64,000 bases of DNA from Dehalococcoidia bacterium. GTDB taxonomy: Bacteria; Chloroflexota; Dehalococcoidia; Plut-88900. Within the stretch, counting starts at the first letter, position 1; each line of letters opens with the position of its first letter. The DNA lies in contig OZ240215.1 in the NCBI GenBank assembly GCA_965197585.1, positions 3,200,001 to 3,264,000 on the forward strand, written 5' to 3'. A program made the position numbers and the translations under genes. The notes beneath the pieces were generated by a model. The model worked only from the letters and a program-made list of their open reading frames with translations. It did not search any database and was not told the DNA's origin. Positions 9,437-20,233 of the stretch are shown one piece after another.

Positions 9437-12400
9437 TTATACCGTGAGACGCCGGTAGAGATAGGGCAGGCGGCGGGGCAGCGACTCGATCTCCGGCACA
9501 ACCTCGTAGCCCATGTCCTGGCACATCGTCTTCAGATAATCATGCCCACCCCGGTCGACGGTAAGGCAGAATGGCACGATCTGTTTGGCCCGGGCCTCCT
9601 GGAGCGCCTTCTTGGTGTCGTGGACGGCGTACTCCTTCTCCACTCCCTCCCGACTGTAGCCTCGGTCCTGGGGCCGGCCGTCGCTGATTAGGAACAGCAC
9701 TTTGGTCCTGGCCTCCTGTACTTCCAGCTTGGAAATGCAGTGCCGGATTGCAGGGCCCATACGGGTAGCGTGCAGCGGGCTGATCTTGTCAATCCGGTTC
9801 TTGACCCGCTCGGAGAATGTCTCTCCCAATTCCTTGATCACGTAGAATTCCACGTTCTCACGCCCGTACCCCGAGAAGCCGTAGATCCCGTACTGGTCCC
9901 CGATGGTCTCCAGGGCCCGGATGAGCAGAACGGAACTCTCTTTCTCCACGTCGATGATGCGCTTGTACGACTTGCGGCTCCCCTCTTCCCGGCGGGCCCG
10001 CAGCCATGCCAGGTATTCTCGGGGGTCGTCGGGTGGGCTCCAGTCGTCGACAGCCTTGCGGGCATCATCAATGGCCTCGGCGGTCGAGGCGCTCATGTCC
10101 AGCAGGAAGGCGACGGATACGTCGCGCTGGATCTTGTTGCGGCGCCAGTAAATCTTGTCGGAAGGGGAGTTGCCGGTGGCCTTTTCGATCATCGCTTCTA
10201 CTACGGCGTCGTAATCTATGTCGTCGCCGTCGGGTAGGCGGCGGACCTTGCGGAACATCTCCGGGGCAAGGAGCTCGAACTGGCGCTTGATCTGGGACTG
10301 CAGGAGGGAGTATTCCTGAAGCGTCTTTTCGTAGAACTCTACGGTCCCCTCCTCCATTACCCGCTCTTTGACACTGCACCAGTTGGGCTTGTAGTCGTTG
10401 GCGCGGAAGTCCCACTCATCATATAAGAAGGTCTTGGCATCGTCGGCTTGGAGTGGACCCCCGGCGGGCGGCGAAGTATCGACGTTTTGGCCCTTGCCGG
10501 GCTCCTGCTGGTCCTGCCCGATCTGCCCCATCAGATTGTCGACGAACATGCTCGCCGAGTTGGTGATCTCCCCCTCCGACGCCTGGTCTATCTCTATCTC
10601 GACGCTCTTTTCAAGCAACTCCTTGAGCGCCTCGGGAGAGATGGGGTCGCCGGAAGCCTGGGTTTCTTCACCATCCTGCCCCTGCCGGAGCTTGGCCAGA
10701 AGCTGTACCAGCTCAGGCTTGAACTCGCCCCTGTACCCGACGTCCTGCGCCGCATCGTACGGCTGCTCTTCCTCGCCTTCTCCCTCGCCACTTTCGCCCG
10801 TCGCCGATTCCTCGCCCTCTGCACCACCGGCCCCGTAGGCCGCGGGCATGGACATGTCGACGTTCTGTTCCTGCTGTTCCATCTCGTCGGTGTTGAAGTC
10901 TTCCCACTCATCCTCGGGGACTTCGCGGTTCATAAGCTGGCGGATGTAGTCATAGAGGCGGATCGTTGCCTCGGCGGCATCTTCCACCGTGGCCTCGGGA
11001 GGGCGGACCTTCATAAGGATCCTGACCAGTTCCTCCACCTGGGCCTTGATCTTGGTAGGCACTTTCAGGTCGGACTTCTGGTCGAGGCTGATGCGCAGAA
11101 GCAGCTCGACGATGGCCTCTTGCAGGGGCAGCGACTCGATATCGGGCCTTTGGGTGAGGGCGTCGTCCTGTGTAAGACGGTATGACTTGCGGATGCCTTT
11201 GTATTCGTATAGCACCCGGGAGTCGAGCCGCGTGTCCTCCGATAGTGTGAACAGATCGTAGGCCAGCTGACGCTCGGGGAAGAGATCGAAATAACGTTGC
11301 AGATCTACGGCGGCAGTTGAGGCTTGGCCATTGCTGCCGGCCCGTTCCTTCCGGAGGTTGGGAAAATATACGGCCTCTTTGTCGAACTCGAACTTGAAGC
11401 TTCCGAACTCCAGGTGTGCAACCTGATGAGTTCCGACAACCTTGTACCAGCCGAAGTTTTCGTCCTTGGAGGCGTACTTGCGGACGAAGGGAGGCAGATA
11501 GACGGACCGGCCCTCAGTTGTGGGATTGTCGCCGGAGACCCAGCCTATCCCTTTTTCCCGAAGGTCTTCCCCTGTCTGGATCTGCACGTCGATGCCGGTT
11601 AGGGCCACGGCGTACATCCACAGGATATCTCGGATCTTGTCCAGCTCCACACCCGCGGACAGCGCTTCCAGCACCCCCCGCCCCTTTACCGACTCCAGCT
11701 TGAAGTAGGCGATGCCGCCTTCTTCGTTCTCCCGCAGGATATCCATACCCTCATCGAACCAACGTATGAGGTCGGAACGGGGGATCTTTTCAAGTACCAG
11801 CGGACTGGTGGACAGGAAGTCGACAACGGCGTAGGGAGACTCGGCAAGTAGTGCGCCCGAGAGCTTCAGAAGCTCGCCTTGAGTGTCTCCATCAACCTCT
11901 CCGAGAGCCTTTGATGCCTCCACAAGGAAGTTCTGGATGTGGGTTGCGTCCTTTTTGGCGAACCGGTCGGCAAGGTCTAGGAATCGGCCTCGCTGCTCCC
12001 GGTCTATCCGACTTAGGATCGCGCCCCCCGACTCGAAGCAGGCCTTCGCATCCCGCCAGTTGAGCTCCACCATGTTGGAGACCAAGGACAGGAACCCGCG
12101 CCGGTCCTGCTTTTCCATGCTGCGGAATACCGGTTCCGCCGATGCCAGGCACTCGTTGGCCAGGTCGTAGGAGCGGCGGGACAGGGCGTCCAGGAAAGTG
12201 ACAAAACGCCGGAACTCTCCGAGGGTCATATATCGGAGCAAAGAGGGCGATGTCTCGAAGAACCGGGAAGATAGTGTCCCCGACTTCCATGTGCCCTTGT
12301 AGAGCCCCTTGCCAAGCGACACCCAGTCCCCGATCTGGTGCGGCGTTAGATGGGCCAGGGCCTCCGGGCTAGAGTGAAAATATGTGGTTGATAGGACCGC

Positions 12401-12688
12401 CGACTCCTTGGCCAGCACTTTGCCCCAGCGGGCCCATTCCATGAAATTGGGAAAGGGCAGCTTGGCCAGGACTTGGGGAGTGACCCGGAAATACTCGGCA
12501 CCCGCCTCCCAGGACCTGAATGAATGCCGAGCAATGGAAATGCCCTCGGTTGCCCAGGATCGGAAGTCGTCTTCCCGTAGGATTCCGGCCAGGAGTCGGG
12601 CCGATGTCCGGTATTGGCTCACCACAGCAGGCGGGAAACTTGTAAGCTCTTGCTCGTAATCGTCCTGTATTTTCTTGCTTATCGCCAT
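9437..12688 (-). CDS. Large CbbO/NorD-type vWA-domain AAA+ adaptor (1083 aa)
   Basis: C-terminal MIDAS LLDMSAST, TRMGPAIRH, LISDGRPQD; YDEWDFRANDYKPNWC; acidic linker; long helical N-terminus. Confidence 0.88.
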   Translation of the reverse strand: MAISKKIQDDYEQELTSFPPAVVSQYRTSARLLAGILREDDFRSWATEGISIARHSFRSWEAGAEYFRVTPQVLAKLPFPNFMEWARWGKVLAKESAVLSTTYFHSSPEALAHLTPHQIGDWVSLGKGLYKGTWKSGTLSSRFFETSPSLLRYMTLGEFRRFVTFLDALSRRSYDLANECLASAEPVFRSMEKQDRRGFLSLVSNMVELNWRDAKACFESGGAILSRIDREQRGRFLDLADRFAKKDATHIQNFLVEASKALGEVDGDTQGELLKLSGALLAESPYAVVDFLSTSPLVLEKIPRSDLIRWFDEGMDILRENEEGGIAYFKLESVKGRGVLEALSAGVELDKIRDILWMYAVALTGIDVQIQTGEDLREKGIGWVSGDNPTTEGRSVYLPPFVRKYASKDENFGWYKVVGTHQVAHLEFGSFKFEFDKEAVYFPNLRKERAGSNGQASTAAVDLQRYFDLFPERQLAYDLFTLSEDTRLDSRVLYEYKGIRKSYRLTQDDALTQRPDIESLPLQEAIVELLLRISLDQKSDLKVPTKIKAQVEELVRILMKVRPPEATVEDAAEATIRLYDYIRQLMNREVPEDEWEDFNTDEMEQQEQNVDMSMPAAYGAGGAEGEESATGESGEGEGEEEQPYDAAQDVGYRGEFKPELVQLLAKLRQGQDGEETQASGDPISPEALKELLEKSVEIEIDQASEGEITNSASMFVDNLMGQIGQDQQEPGKGQNVDTSPPAGGPLQADDAKTFLYDEWDFRANDYKPNWCSVKERVMEEGTVEFYEKTLQEYSLLQSQIKRQFELLAPEMFRKVRRLPDGDDIDYDAVVEAMIEKATGNSPSDKIYWRRNKIQRDVSVAFLLDMSASTAEAIDDARKAVDDWSPPDDPREYLAWLRARREEGSRKSYKRIIDVEKESSVLLIRALETIGDQYGIYGFSGYGRENVEFYVIKELGETFSERVKNRIDKISPLHATRMGPAIRHCISKLEVQEARTKVLFLISDGRPQDRGYSREGVEKEYAVHDTKKALQEARAKQIVPFCLTVDRGGHDYLKTMCQDMGYEVVPEIESLPRRLPYLYRRLTV

Positions 12689-12692
12689 GTCG

Positions 12693-13268
12693 CTAGCTTA
12701 TCAGAGTTAGGAACTGGGTTAGCATTCGGGCGGTGGCCCCCCAAATTACATGGTCTTGGAATTTGTAGGCCCTGTCCTGGTAGACCAACCCGTCGTGCTC
12801 CACTCTAACGGTTGTGTGGTTCGCCGGAGCGAGAAGGTGGTCTATGGGCGCCTCTAGCACCTCGGCGACCTCAATCTCGCTGGGGTTGTACTCATACGGG
12901 TAGGGGAATACCCCGACGAAGGGGGATATTACGAACCCGCTGTGAGTCCCGTAATCGTCCAGTTCGCCCAGGATGGTCACGTCCTCCTGCCTTATCCCCA
13001 TCTCCTCCCACGTCTCCCTCAGAGCAGTGGTGCGAAGGTCGGGGTCGCTGGCTTCGTGCATCCCGCCGGGGAATGAGATCTCACCCTTATGGTGCTCTAC
13101 CTGTTGGGTCCTGACGTTGAAGATAATGTGGAATCGGCCTTCCTTCTCCATCAGGAGGAGTATGACCGCAGCGGGCATTCGTCCGTCAGCCGACACCCGG
13201 GTCGCGTCCCTGTTGGAAAGTAGTCGGGCGACCTCTTGCGGGAAGGTATCTGTGCTTGTATCCAGCAT
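12693..13268 (-). CDS. Nudix hydrolase, CoA pyrophosphatase (NudL/PCD1) subfamily; start taken at ATG 13268
   Basis: AAV..L, HHKGEISFPGG, Nudix box TALRETWEEMG, IWGATA. Confidence 0.9.
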   Translation of the reverse strand: MLDTSTDTFPQEVARLLSNRDATRVSADGRMPAAVILLLMEKEGRFHIIFNVRTQQVEHHKGEISFPGGMHEASDPDLRTTALRETWEEMGIRQEDVTILGELDDYGTHSGFVISPFVGVFPYPYEYNPSEIEVAEVLEAPIDHLLAPANHTTVRVEHDGLVYQDRAYKFQDHVIWGATARMLTQFLTLIS

Positions 13269-13291
13269 CGTCAAAATATAAGTAGCTCGGA

Positions 13292-14191
13292 CTACTCGAA
13301 GATGCTGTTGACCACTTCCTCGACGCTGCGCTGGACTTCTGCGTCGTCTGTAAGAGCCCAGACGACTGACACCTGGCACGCCCTGCGAGGGGCGATCCCC
13401 TTCTTGATAAGCCTGCCGGCGTATATCAGTAGCCGGGTGCTGGCGCCCTCCTGGAGCCCGTGCTCCCGCAGGTTCCGCACCTTTTCACCCAGCTTGCCCA
13501 GGTCCTTTGCAACCTCCATTGAGCAGCCGCTTTCGTGGGCAATGACCTTCTGCTCGACCTCCTTGGGCGGGTAGTCGAACTCTATGGCGACGAACCGCTG
13601 CCGGGTACTGTGCTTGAGGTCCTTCAGGACGCTCTGGTAGCCGGGGTTGTAGGAAATGACCAGCAGGAAGTTGTCGGCGGCTTCAAGTAGCTCTCCCCGC
13701 TTCTCGACGGGGAGAATGCGCCGATGGTCGGTCAGGGGGTGGATGAGGACGGTGGTGTCCTTCCGGGCCTCGACCACCTCGTCCAGATAGCAGATGCCGC
13801 CCGTTTTGACGGCTCGGCTTAGGGGGCCGTCAACCCAGACCGTCCTGTCTCCTTCGAGCAGGTACCGACCCACCAGGTCGCTGGCGGTGAGGTCTTCGTG
13901 GCAGGCCACGGTGACCAGGGGCAGACTGGGCGAGCCGTTCGTAGACGCGGCTTGGCCATCCTCGGGCTTTACGACAGTCAGTGGCTGGCCTAGCCTGTAA
14001 GCCATATATTCGACGAAACGGGTCTTGCCACATCCTGTGGGCCCTTTGAACAGTAGTGGAATCCGCTCTTCGTAGGCGGCGTAGAATATCTCTATCTCAT
14101 CTGCCACGGGAAGATAGAACGGCTCTTCCCTGAGCACATATTCCTCGATGAGGTATCCTCGGTATTCCTCTTTGGTCACGCTCGAGGTCAT
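13292..14191 (-). CDS. CbbQ/NirQ/NorQ-type MoxR AAA+ ATPase
   Basis: [52 protein letters not shown]. Confidence 0.93.
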   Translation of the reverse strand: MTSSVTKEEYRGYLIEEYVLREEPFYLPVADEIEIFYAAYEERIPLLFKGPTGCGKTRFVEYMAYRLGQPLTVVKPEDGQAASTNGSPSLPLVTVACHEDLTASDLVGRYLLEGDRTVWVDGPLSRAVKTGGICYLDEVVEARKDTTVLIHPLTDHRRILPVEKRGELLEAADNFLLVISYNPGYQSVLKDLKHSTRQRFVAIEFDYPPKEVEQKVIAHESGCSMEVAKDLGKLGEKVRNLREHGLQEGASTRLLIYAGRLIKKGIAPRRACQVSVVWALTDDAEVQRSVEEVVNSIFE

Positions 14192-14198
14192 TCCAACC

Positions 14199-14801
14199 CT
14201 ACTTTCTGGCCGTAACCCTGCGGTTCCACGCTTCGATGACGTTCTCTCTAAGCTGTTCAGGCCCGGCGTCGTTCCGGATTACCACGCTGGCCCTTTTTAT
14301 GCGTTCTTCGGTGGACATCTGGGAGTTGATGCGGTCTTTGGCCTGCTCGGCCGTTAGGCCTTTGGACTCTTTGAGCCTCTCAATCACGCTGGCCTCCGGC
14401 GCGACGGTCACCCAGACTTCATCGGTCAGGGGGTCCCACTTGGCCTCCAGCAATACCGCGGCCTCGACTACCATCACCTCCGTGCCCTTACCCCTCTGCT
14501 CCTCTATCCTCTCCCCCACCATGTCGTACATGCGGGGCCACATGATCCCCGTGAGCTTATCCATGTTCGCCGGATCACTGAATACCAGAGCTCCCAGCTT
14601 TGCCCGGTCGATCTGCCTGTTTTCCCTGACGATGTCGCGCCCAAACGTAGCCACGACATCATTGTAGGTCACTGTGTCTGGGAGGTAGGCCTCATGCCCG
14701 ACCCTATCGGCGTCCAGGACTTCGGCGCCCAATTCCTTAAGAATTTGTGACACCGTAGTCTTGCCGGTGGCGATTCCGCCCGTAAGGCCTATGACTAGCA
14801 T
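14199..14801 (-). CDS. coaE: Dephospho-CoA kinase
   Basis: [36 protein letters not shown]. Confidence 0.93.
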   Translation of the reverse strand: MLVIGLTGGIATGKTTVSQILKELGAEVLDADRVGHEAYLPDTVTYNDVVATFGRDIVRENRQIDRAKLGALVFSDPANMDKLTGIMWPRMYDMVGERIEEQRGKGTEVMVVEAAVLLEAKWDPLTDEVWVTVAPEASVIERLKESKGLTAEQAKDRINSQMSTEERIKRASVVIRNDAGPEQLRENVIEAWNRRVTARK

Positions 14802-14881
14802 GTCGGATATCCGGCGGGACTGATAGCGCGTTGCATCAGGTTGTGGCGCATTCGTTCATTTGCTCACAAAGGGTGAGGGTC

Positions 14882-14910
14882 ATTCTAGCAACCGCCATAT
14901 CGGTGGTCAA
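14882..14910 (-). promoter_or_regulatory. Sigma70-type promoter of the coaE operon
   Basis: TTGACC-N17-TAGAAT with extended -10 TG on the minus strand. Confidence 0.65.
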
Positions 14911-14950
14911 GGAACACCCATGTAAAGGCCCCTCACCAGCTAAGCAGAGG

Positions 14951-15250
14951 CTAAGACTCCCCGGATAGGTCTGTGCAGACCCGAACTAAGGGGGGTTGGC
15001 TAAGGAGCGGGACGATGTTATCCTCCAGCATTCGCCGTTCCTCGCTGGCCTCCCAACGCCTCCAGTCTTCCATGCTGCGCCAGGTGCTGATGACGACGAG
15101 GGCCGTGTTGTCGGCTACGTCTATCAGGCTTTCGCCCGAGATGTAGCCGGGCTGACGGATGGCGGCGGCCCTTAGTTCTGTGGCGATCGCCAGGACGTGG
15201 TGCGCCTGCTGGGGTGCAGTGTGCCGTTCGATCAGGATTTTAGCTTGCAT
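14951..15250 (-). CDS. ABM (antibiotic biosynthesis monooxygenase) family protein
   Basis: QPGYISGESL, VISTWRSMEDWRRW; GGAG RBS. Confidence 0.88.
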   Translation of the reverse strand: MQAKILIERHTAPQQAHHVLAIATELRAAAIRQPGYISGESLIDVADNTALVVISTWRSMEDWRRWEASEERRMLEDNIVPLLSQPPLVRVCTDLSGES

Positions 15251-15326
15251 ATGCTGCTCCTCCCCGGTGCTGCTGTTTGTGTCGTCAGTCCAATCGTCTA
15301 GGCTTAGGCTGGAGCCGTGGAAGTGC

Positions 15327-16502
15327 CTATTCGAAGGGTATCTCCACCAGGTCCACCGGTTCCAGCGTCAACTGCTCCGACCCGTCCGCCGTTATGACGT
15401 GGACATCTTCCCATAGTAAGTTTAACCCGACTTCGGGCTCCGTGCTGATTATCATGCCCTCCTCCAACACCGTTTCGTCCTCGGGGCAAACGGAGGGGGG
15501 CTCGGTTAACTGTATCCCCTGCCCGTGGCCCATCCGCCCTACCGGTGCAACCTCGAACCCCGACTCCACAATGACCTCCGCCCCGATCTCGTGCAGTTCA
15601 GCACAGGTGAGTCCGGGCCGCAGGGCCTCCGTCATTCGTCGATTTGCTTCTAGCAGGACGCTGTGCCCCCGTATCTGTTCGGAATTGGCGGGCCCCAGGG
15701 TCGCGAATCGGGCGTAGTCGATGGTGTAGTTTCTTACGTAAGCCCCCGCGTCGATGTACAGGAGACTCCCGCGCTTCAGTGGGCGGTCAAAGTGGAACTG
15801 CGTCTGGCTGACCGGAAAGTCGGATATCAAGTGGACGAAGGAGGTTCGGTCGCCGCCCTCATCCAATATCAGGGCACGAAGTCTCCGGACCGCGTCCCGT
15901 TCGGTCATCCCCGGTACAATCTCTCGGAAGAGCCTCTGCCGTGCGCGGCCTGTGATCGCGGCCGCTTGCCGCATGTACTCGACCTCTTCGGGTGTCTTGA
16001 TCATCCGCAGCTTTACGAAAATGTCGGCGGCGTCCTCGAATGTCACCTCAGGCGCGCCATTTACAATCGCCAAATAGTCCCCGACCGGAACGCCCATCCT
16101 CTGCTCCATCCCAAGCTCCACGCCGATTTGCTTCACTGCTGGCGTTAGGCCGGTAATGGCGTCCAGGACCATGTGTACGGGGAAAGACAGGACGTCCGTG
16201 TAGCCCCGAGCATCGCTGACATAGGTGGACATCCTAACTGTCTCGGTTATCATCGCCCCGACTACGGCGATTGGCTCCCCGACTAGGGGAAACACCAGTA
16301 CCGCCGGCCTTGTGCTGGAGTAGTGGAGTGCCAGTGACCCCGTGGCCCCGGTGAAATACTGGAAATTCTCCTCGTTGGTGACCAGCAGGGCGTCCAGGCC
16401 TCTAGCAGACATCATCTCCCGGGCGCGGCTGTGCCGCTTGTCGATGTCCTCTTTGGAAAAAGCCGCCCAAGCCCCAAGGTCCGTTACCTGATCGCTAGTC
16501 AT
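15327..16502 (-). CDS. M24 Xaa-Pro peptidase/creatinase family protein
   Basis: Creatinase-N domain; RMIKTPEE; D..D, GHGQG, EP and ED metal-site motifs. Confidence 0.9.
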   Translation of the reverse strand: MTSDQVTDLGAWAAFSKEDIDKRHSRAREMMSARGLDALLVTNEENFQYFTGATGSLALHYSSTRPAVLVFPLVGEPIAVVGAMITETVRMSTYVSDARGYTDVLSFPVHMVLDAITGLTPAVKQIGVELGMEQRMGVPVGDYLAIVNGAPEVTFEDAADIFVKLRMIKTPEEVEYMRQAAAITGRARQRLFREIVPGMTERDAVRRLRALILDEGGDRTSFVHLISDFPVSQTQFHFDRPLKRGSLLYIDAGAYVRNYTIDYARFATLGPANSEQIRGHSVLLEANRRMTEALRPGLTCAELHEIGAEVIVESGFEVAPVGRMGHGQGIQLTEPPSVCPEDETVLEEGMIISTEPEVGLNLLWEDVHVITADGSEQLTLEPVDLVEIPFE

Positions 16503-16520
16503 GGTTCACCTTCGTTTTGG

Positions 16521-17621
16521 TCAGGATATGCTGTACAACCTGGCGCAGTTGTCCCACAGAATGGCCTTCCTCGCCTCATCGGATAAGGGCATTGTAAGAA
16601 AGCCCTCAATAGCGTGTGGGAACTTGGAATCGTTGTGGGGATAGTCTGTGGAGAAGACCACGTTGGAGGTCAGGCCCCAGTCCTCAATTATGGTGGCGGG
16701 GGCCTCGTCGGCCTCAATGGAGACGTAGCATTGTCGGCGGAAATACTCGGAGGGAGTGAGCTTCATATCCGGATTTTCAAACTTGCCGGAAAGCTCGTAA
16801 TGCTCGTCAAGCCGCCACAGAAGCCACGGCGCCCACGCAGAGTTACCCTCCAGGAAGGCGACTTGAAGGTCGGGGAACCGGTCCAGGACCCCGCTTCCGC
16901 ACATCGACACCACGCCCAGCATCATCTCCATGGGATGGCAGCATGTATGGTGCATCATGTAAGTATCGAATCCCTTGCCGACCTGGTTCATCGCCGCCGT
17001 GGCCCCTTCATGAAACCCGATGGGTACTCCGAGACTTTGCAGCGTTTCCCAAAGAGGATGGTAGTCCGGGTGGTACCAGTTGCGCCCTTCGACAATGTTG
17101 GGGCGTATGAACACCGACTTGAACCCCATGTCTTTGACGACTGCCTCGGCCTCTGCACAGGCCGACTGTACGTCGAAGGGAGAAACCATGCCCGCTCCGA
17201 GCATTCTTGTCGGACTCTCGCTGCAGAAGTCGGATAGCCACAGGTTGTAGGCATGAGCAACGGCTGCGCTGAGTGCCGGGTCCATGGTGTCCAAAGCGAG
17301 GGCGAAGAGGCCGCGGCTGGGAAACATTATCGCGACGTCTATCCCCTCGGAGTCCATCGCCCTTAGCTGGGATGCGGAGTCGAAGTTGTTGGCGTAGCCG
17401 TCGGAGTAAGCGCCTGACTGTTCGTCCGCTCGGTTCCTGCCCCAATCCGTAGGAACGTCGGGCATAACCTTGCCTTCAAGCTCTATCTGCATATCCCCCG
17501 GCCACCGAGCTGCGCCACGCGGCCTTCGGTCATGAAATGCGGCATCGATGTACCGGTCCCACAGATCGGAAGGCTCTATCACGTGCATGTCCGAGTCCAT
17601 GACCCGGAACCCGTTCTTCAT
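16521..17621 (-). CDS. Amidohydrolase_2 family protein (decarboxylase/hydratase-like)
   Basis: DSDMH, AYNLWLSDFC, FLEG, STDYPH. Confidence 0.9.
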   Translation of the reverse strand: MKNGFRVMDSDMHVIEPSDLWDRYIDAAFHDRRPRGAARWPGDMQIELEGKVMPDVPTDWGRNRADEQSGAYSDGYANNFDSASQLRAMDSEGIDVAIMFPSRGLFALALDTMDPALSAAVAHAYNLWLSDFCSESPTRMLGAGMVSPFDVQSACAEAEAVVKDMGFKSVFIRPNIVEGRNWYHPDYHPLWETLQSLGVPIGFHEGATAAMNQVGKGFDTYMMHHTCCHPMEMMLGVVSMCGSGVLDRFPDLQVAFLEGNSAWAPWLLWRLDEHYELSGKFENPDMKLTPSEYFRRQCYVSIEADEAPATIIEDWGLTSNVVFSTDYPHNDSKFPHAIEGFLTMPLSDEARKAILWDNCARLYSIS

Positions 17622-17709
17622 GCTATCGCTCCTGTGCAGTCGGATGGGACAGTCTCAGGATTGAACTTGTCCCCTCCTGTGAGTGTGGGTGCCGACGCGC
17701 CCGCCCGCG

Positions 17710-18597
17710 TCAGTTGTTGCTGAAACGCTCGTCCATGTCCAGGAGAAAACGCTCGACTTGGGGAGAGAGAGGTGGACTGTCGTCGGGCTCGCGTTCCTCC
17801 TCGGCCCGGGCGTCATATATAGCTTCCAGCCGCTGTACCAGGGCGCCCAGCTCGGGGTTACGAGCCACGGTCTTGCCCAGTTCCACGTACTGACGGACAG
17901 CCTTTTCCCTCGCCTGCAGTTCTTCCGGCAGGCCATACAGCTCGCTGAGCACTTTTAGCACCGCCGCCGCCCCCGAAAGGTCCTCTTCAAGCTGGACGTA
18001 TTGGGGCAGATGCACTGTCAGGTTCCCTGTCTCCAGCCCAATCTCCTGCGCCTTGCGGGAGATCATGTAAAGGATGCTGGTGGGGCCTTCATAGGTGCTC
18101 TTTTTCACCTTGAACCGGTCGGCCAGGGTCTCATCTATGTCCTTCATCCTCAGGGAGCCTGAGATGCGGATAGGCCGCGTATGGGGGACCACGTCGTACA
18201 TCCCCCCGACCAGCAGGTAACGGGTCACTCCCACTTCCTTGAACAGCTCCAGCACCGACTCTATGTACTCCTCGCCCAGCGAGTGAGGTTCCAGCAGGTG
18301 TACGAATAGGAGGTCGGGCATGCCCTCGGCCTGGGAGTAGTTTATGAAGGTGTTGGGAATGGTCACCTGTCGCTCACCGTTGGCGTAGCGGAGCATGGGC
18401 CGGTAGCGTGTGAAGTCGAAGAAGCGCCCGGGCTCCGCCAACTTTGCCAACTCGGACGCCTTAAGATACCGCTCGAGACGGCTAAGCACCGTGGTCCCGA
18501 CACTCCCCACGTCCACCCATGGCCTCATCATCGCTATGGCGTGAGGCTTATTTAGTTCAGGAATTGGATCCGTAGTCTCAAAGGCCTTGACTCTCAC
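17710..18597 (-). CDS. PAC2 (proteasome assembly chaperone-like) family protein
   Basis: PWVDVG, FDFTRYRP, LLEPH, VPHTRP, YEGPT, HLPQY. Confidence 0.85.
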   Translation of the reverse strand: MRVKAFETTDPIPELNKPHAIAMMRPWVDVGSVGTTVLSRLERYLKASELAKLAEPGRFFDFTRYRPMLRYANGERQVTIPNTFINYSQAEGMPDLLFVHLLEPHSLGEEYIESVLELFKEVGVTRYLLVGGMYDVVPHTRPIRISGSLRMKDIDETLADRFKVKKSTYEGPTSILYMISRKAQEIGLETGNLTVHLPQYVQLEEDLSGAAAVLKVLSELYGLPEELQAREKAVRQYVELGKTVARNPELGALVQRLEAIYDARAEEEREPDDSPPLSPQVERFLLDMDERFSNN

Positions 18598-18620
18598 TCG
18601 TCACCTGCCCCCGATTGAAT

Positions 18621-18659
18621 AGCAACCCCCGGGACCCCGACCGGGTCCCGGGGGTTGTT
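18621..18659 (-). terminator. GC-rich hairpin (terminator or stabiliser) after the aldehyde dehydrogenase gene
   Basis: CAACCCCCGGGACCC-CGACC-GGGTCCCGGGGGTTG. Confidence 0.6.
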
Positions 18660-18691
18660 CAGCGCGTCTTGATCTGAGTGTTTAGGCGATG

Positions 18692-20107
18692 CTACTGAAG
18701 GTGCATCACCACCATCTTGAGCTCTGTCATCTCTTCGACGGCGTAGCGAGGGCCTTCCTTGCCCATGCCGCTGAATTTCAGACCGCCGTAGGGCATCAGG
18801 TCGGCACGCCACTGCGGGCCGTAGTTGATGTGCAGGCTCCCGGACTCGACTTCCATGGCAAACTTCATGGCCCAGTCTATGTTCTGGGTGAAGATGCCGG
18901 CAGACAGTCCGTATTCGCTGTCGTTCGCCAGGGCTATGGCGTCGTCAATGTTGTCAATAGGGGTGACGGCCACCGCCGGTCCGAAGATCTCTTCGCAGGA
19001 GATTTTCATCTCGGGCTTGACGTCGGCCACGACGGTCGGGGAGAAGATCGCCCCCTCCCTGTCCCCGCCCGTGACTACGGTTGCGCCCGAGGCAACTGCC
19101 TCGTCGATCCACGCACCCACCCGCACGGCGTCCTCTTCACGTACCATCGGGCCCAACTCGATGCCTTCCTCGATCGGGTTCCCAATCTTTATCTTCTCCA
19201 CACCTTCCTTCAACCCTTCCAGGTAGTCAGCGTAGATCCGACGGTCGGCCAAGACCCGCTGCGTCGATATGCAGACCTGCCCCGCATTGGAGTAGCCGCT
19301 CGCAACAGTTGCCTGGATGACTTTGTCTAAGTCGGCATCCGGCATGACGATGAGCGGGCTGTTGGAACCCAGCTCCATGGTCACTTTCTTTACGCCGGCC
19401 ATTCGGCAGATGTGCTCCCCGACTTCCTTGCTGCCCGTGAACGTGATCTTGCGCACCCGGTTGTCGGTGCTGATCGCGTCTCCGATAAGCTTGCCGCTGC
19501 CGGTAACGCACTGGATTGCCTCGGGGGGCAGGCCGGCGTCCAGGAGTACTTCCACGAGCTTCAGGGCGGACAGGGGGGTGTCGGTGGCGGGCTTGATAAG
19601 GACGGAGTTGCCAGCAGCCAGTGCAGGCCCGACCTTGTGCATAACCAGGTTCAGCGGGAAATTGAACGGACTTATCGCTGCCACGATGCCGCAGGGCACC
19701 CGCATGGTGAACCCGAACTGGCCAGACCAGCTTGGCGCTCCGTCCAGGGGCACCGTCTCGCCGTGGATGCGTTTGGCCTCCTCGGCAGAGCCTGTAAGGG
19801 TCTGTACGGCCCGGTCGACCTCTGTACGGCCCTCTGCTATGACCTTGCCCTCTTCCAGCGTGATGATGCGTCCGTGCTCCTCGCGCCGCTCTTCCAGCAG
19901 TTCAGCAGCCTTCTTCAGAATGCTGTACCGTTCGTAGGCGGGCATCTTGGCCATGATCTTGGCACCTCGGGCAGCGCTGGTGATCGCAGCATCTATGTCG
20001 GAGTCCTCGGCCCTTGGTACGGTGTCAATCTCCACGCCGTCGTATGGGTTAACGACGGCGATCTTCCGGTCCTTATCAATCCATTCTCCGCCTACGAACA
20101 TCTTCAT
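18692..20107 (-). CDS. NAD(P)-dependent aldehyde dehydrogenase
   Basis: PFNFP, KPA, FTGS, MELG, NAGQVCIS, EEIFGP. Confidence 0.95.
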   Translation of the reverse strand: MKMFVGGEWIDKDRKIAVVNPYDGVEIDTVPRAEDSDIDAAITSAARGAKIMAKMPAYERYSILKKAAELLEERREEHGRIITLEEGKVIAEGRTEVDRAVQTLTGSAEEAKRIHGETVPLDGAPSWSGQFGFTMRVPCGIVAAISPFNFPLNLVMHKVGPALAAGNSVLIKPATDTPLSALKLVEVLLDAGLPPEAIQCVTGSGKLIGDAISTDNRVRKITFTGSKEVGEHICRMAGVKKVTMELGSNSPLIVMPDADLDKVIQATVASGYSNAGQVCISTQRVLADRRIYADYLEGLKEGVEKIKIGNPIEEGIELGPMVREEDAVRVGAWIDEAVASGATVVTGGDREGAIFSPTVVADVKPEMKISCEEIFGPAVAVTPIDNIDDAIALANDSEYGLSAGIFTQNIDWAMKFAMEVESGSLHINYGPQWRADLMPYGGLKFSGMGKEGPRYAVEEMTELKMVVMHLQ

Positions 20108-20233
20108 GGATTTTTCCTCCTAATCGTTATCGATAGATTAGCTGCGTAATTAACGCCCGGCACACGGGCACCGAGGCACACTTACCCCGGTCCTCTCTGT
20201 CCGTCCGAGCATTATACCCCATACATTCCTGAC

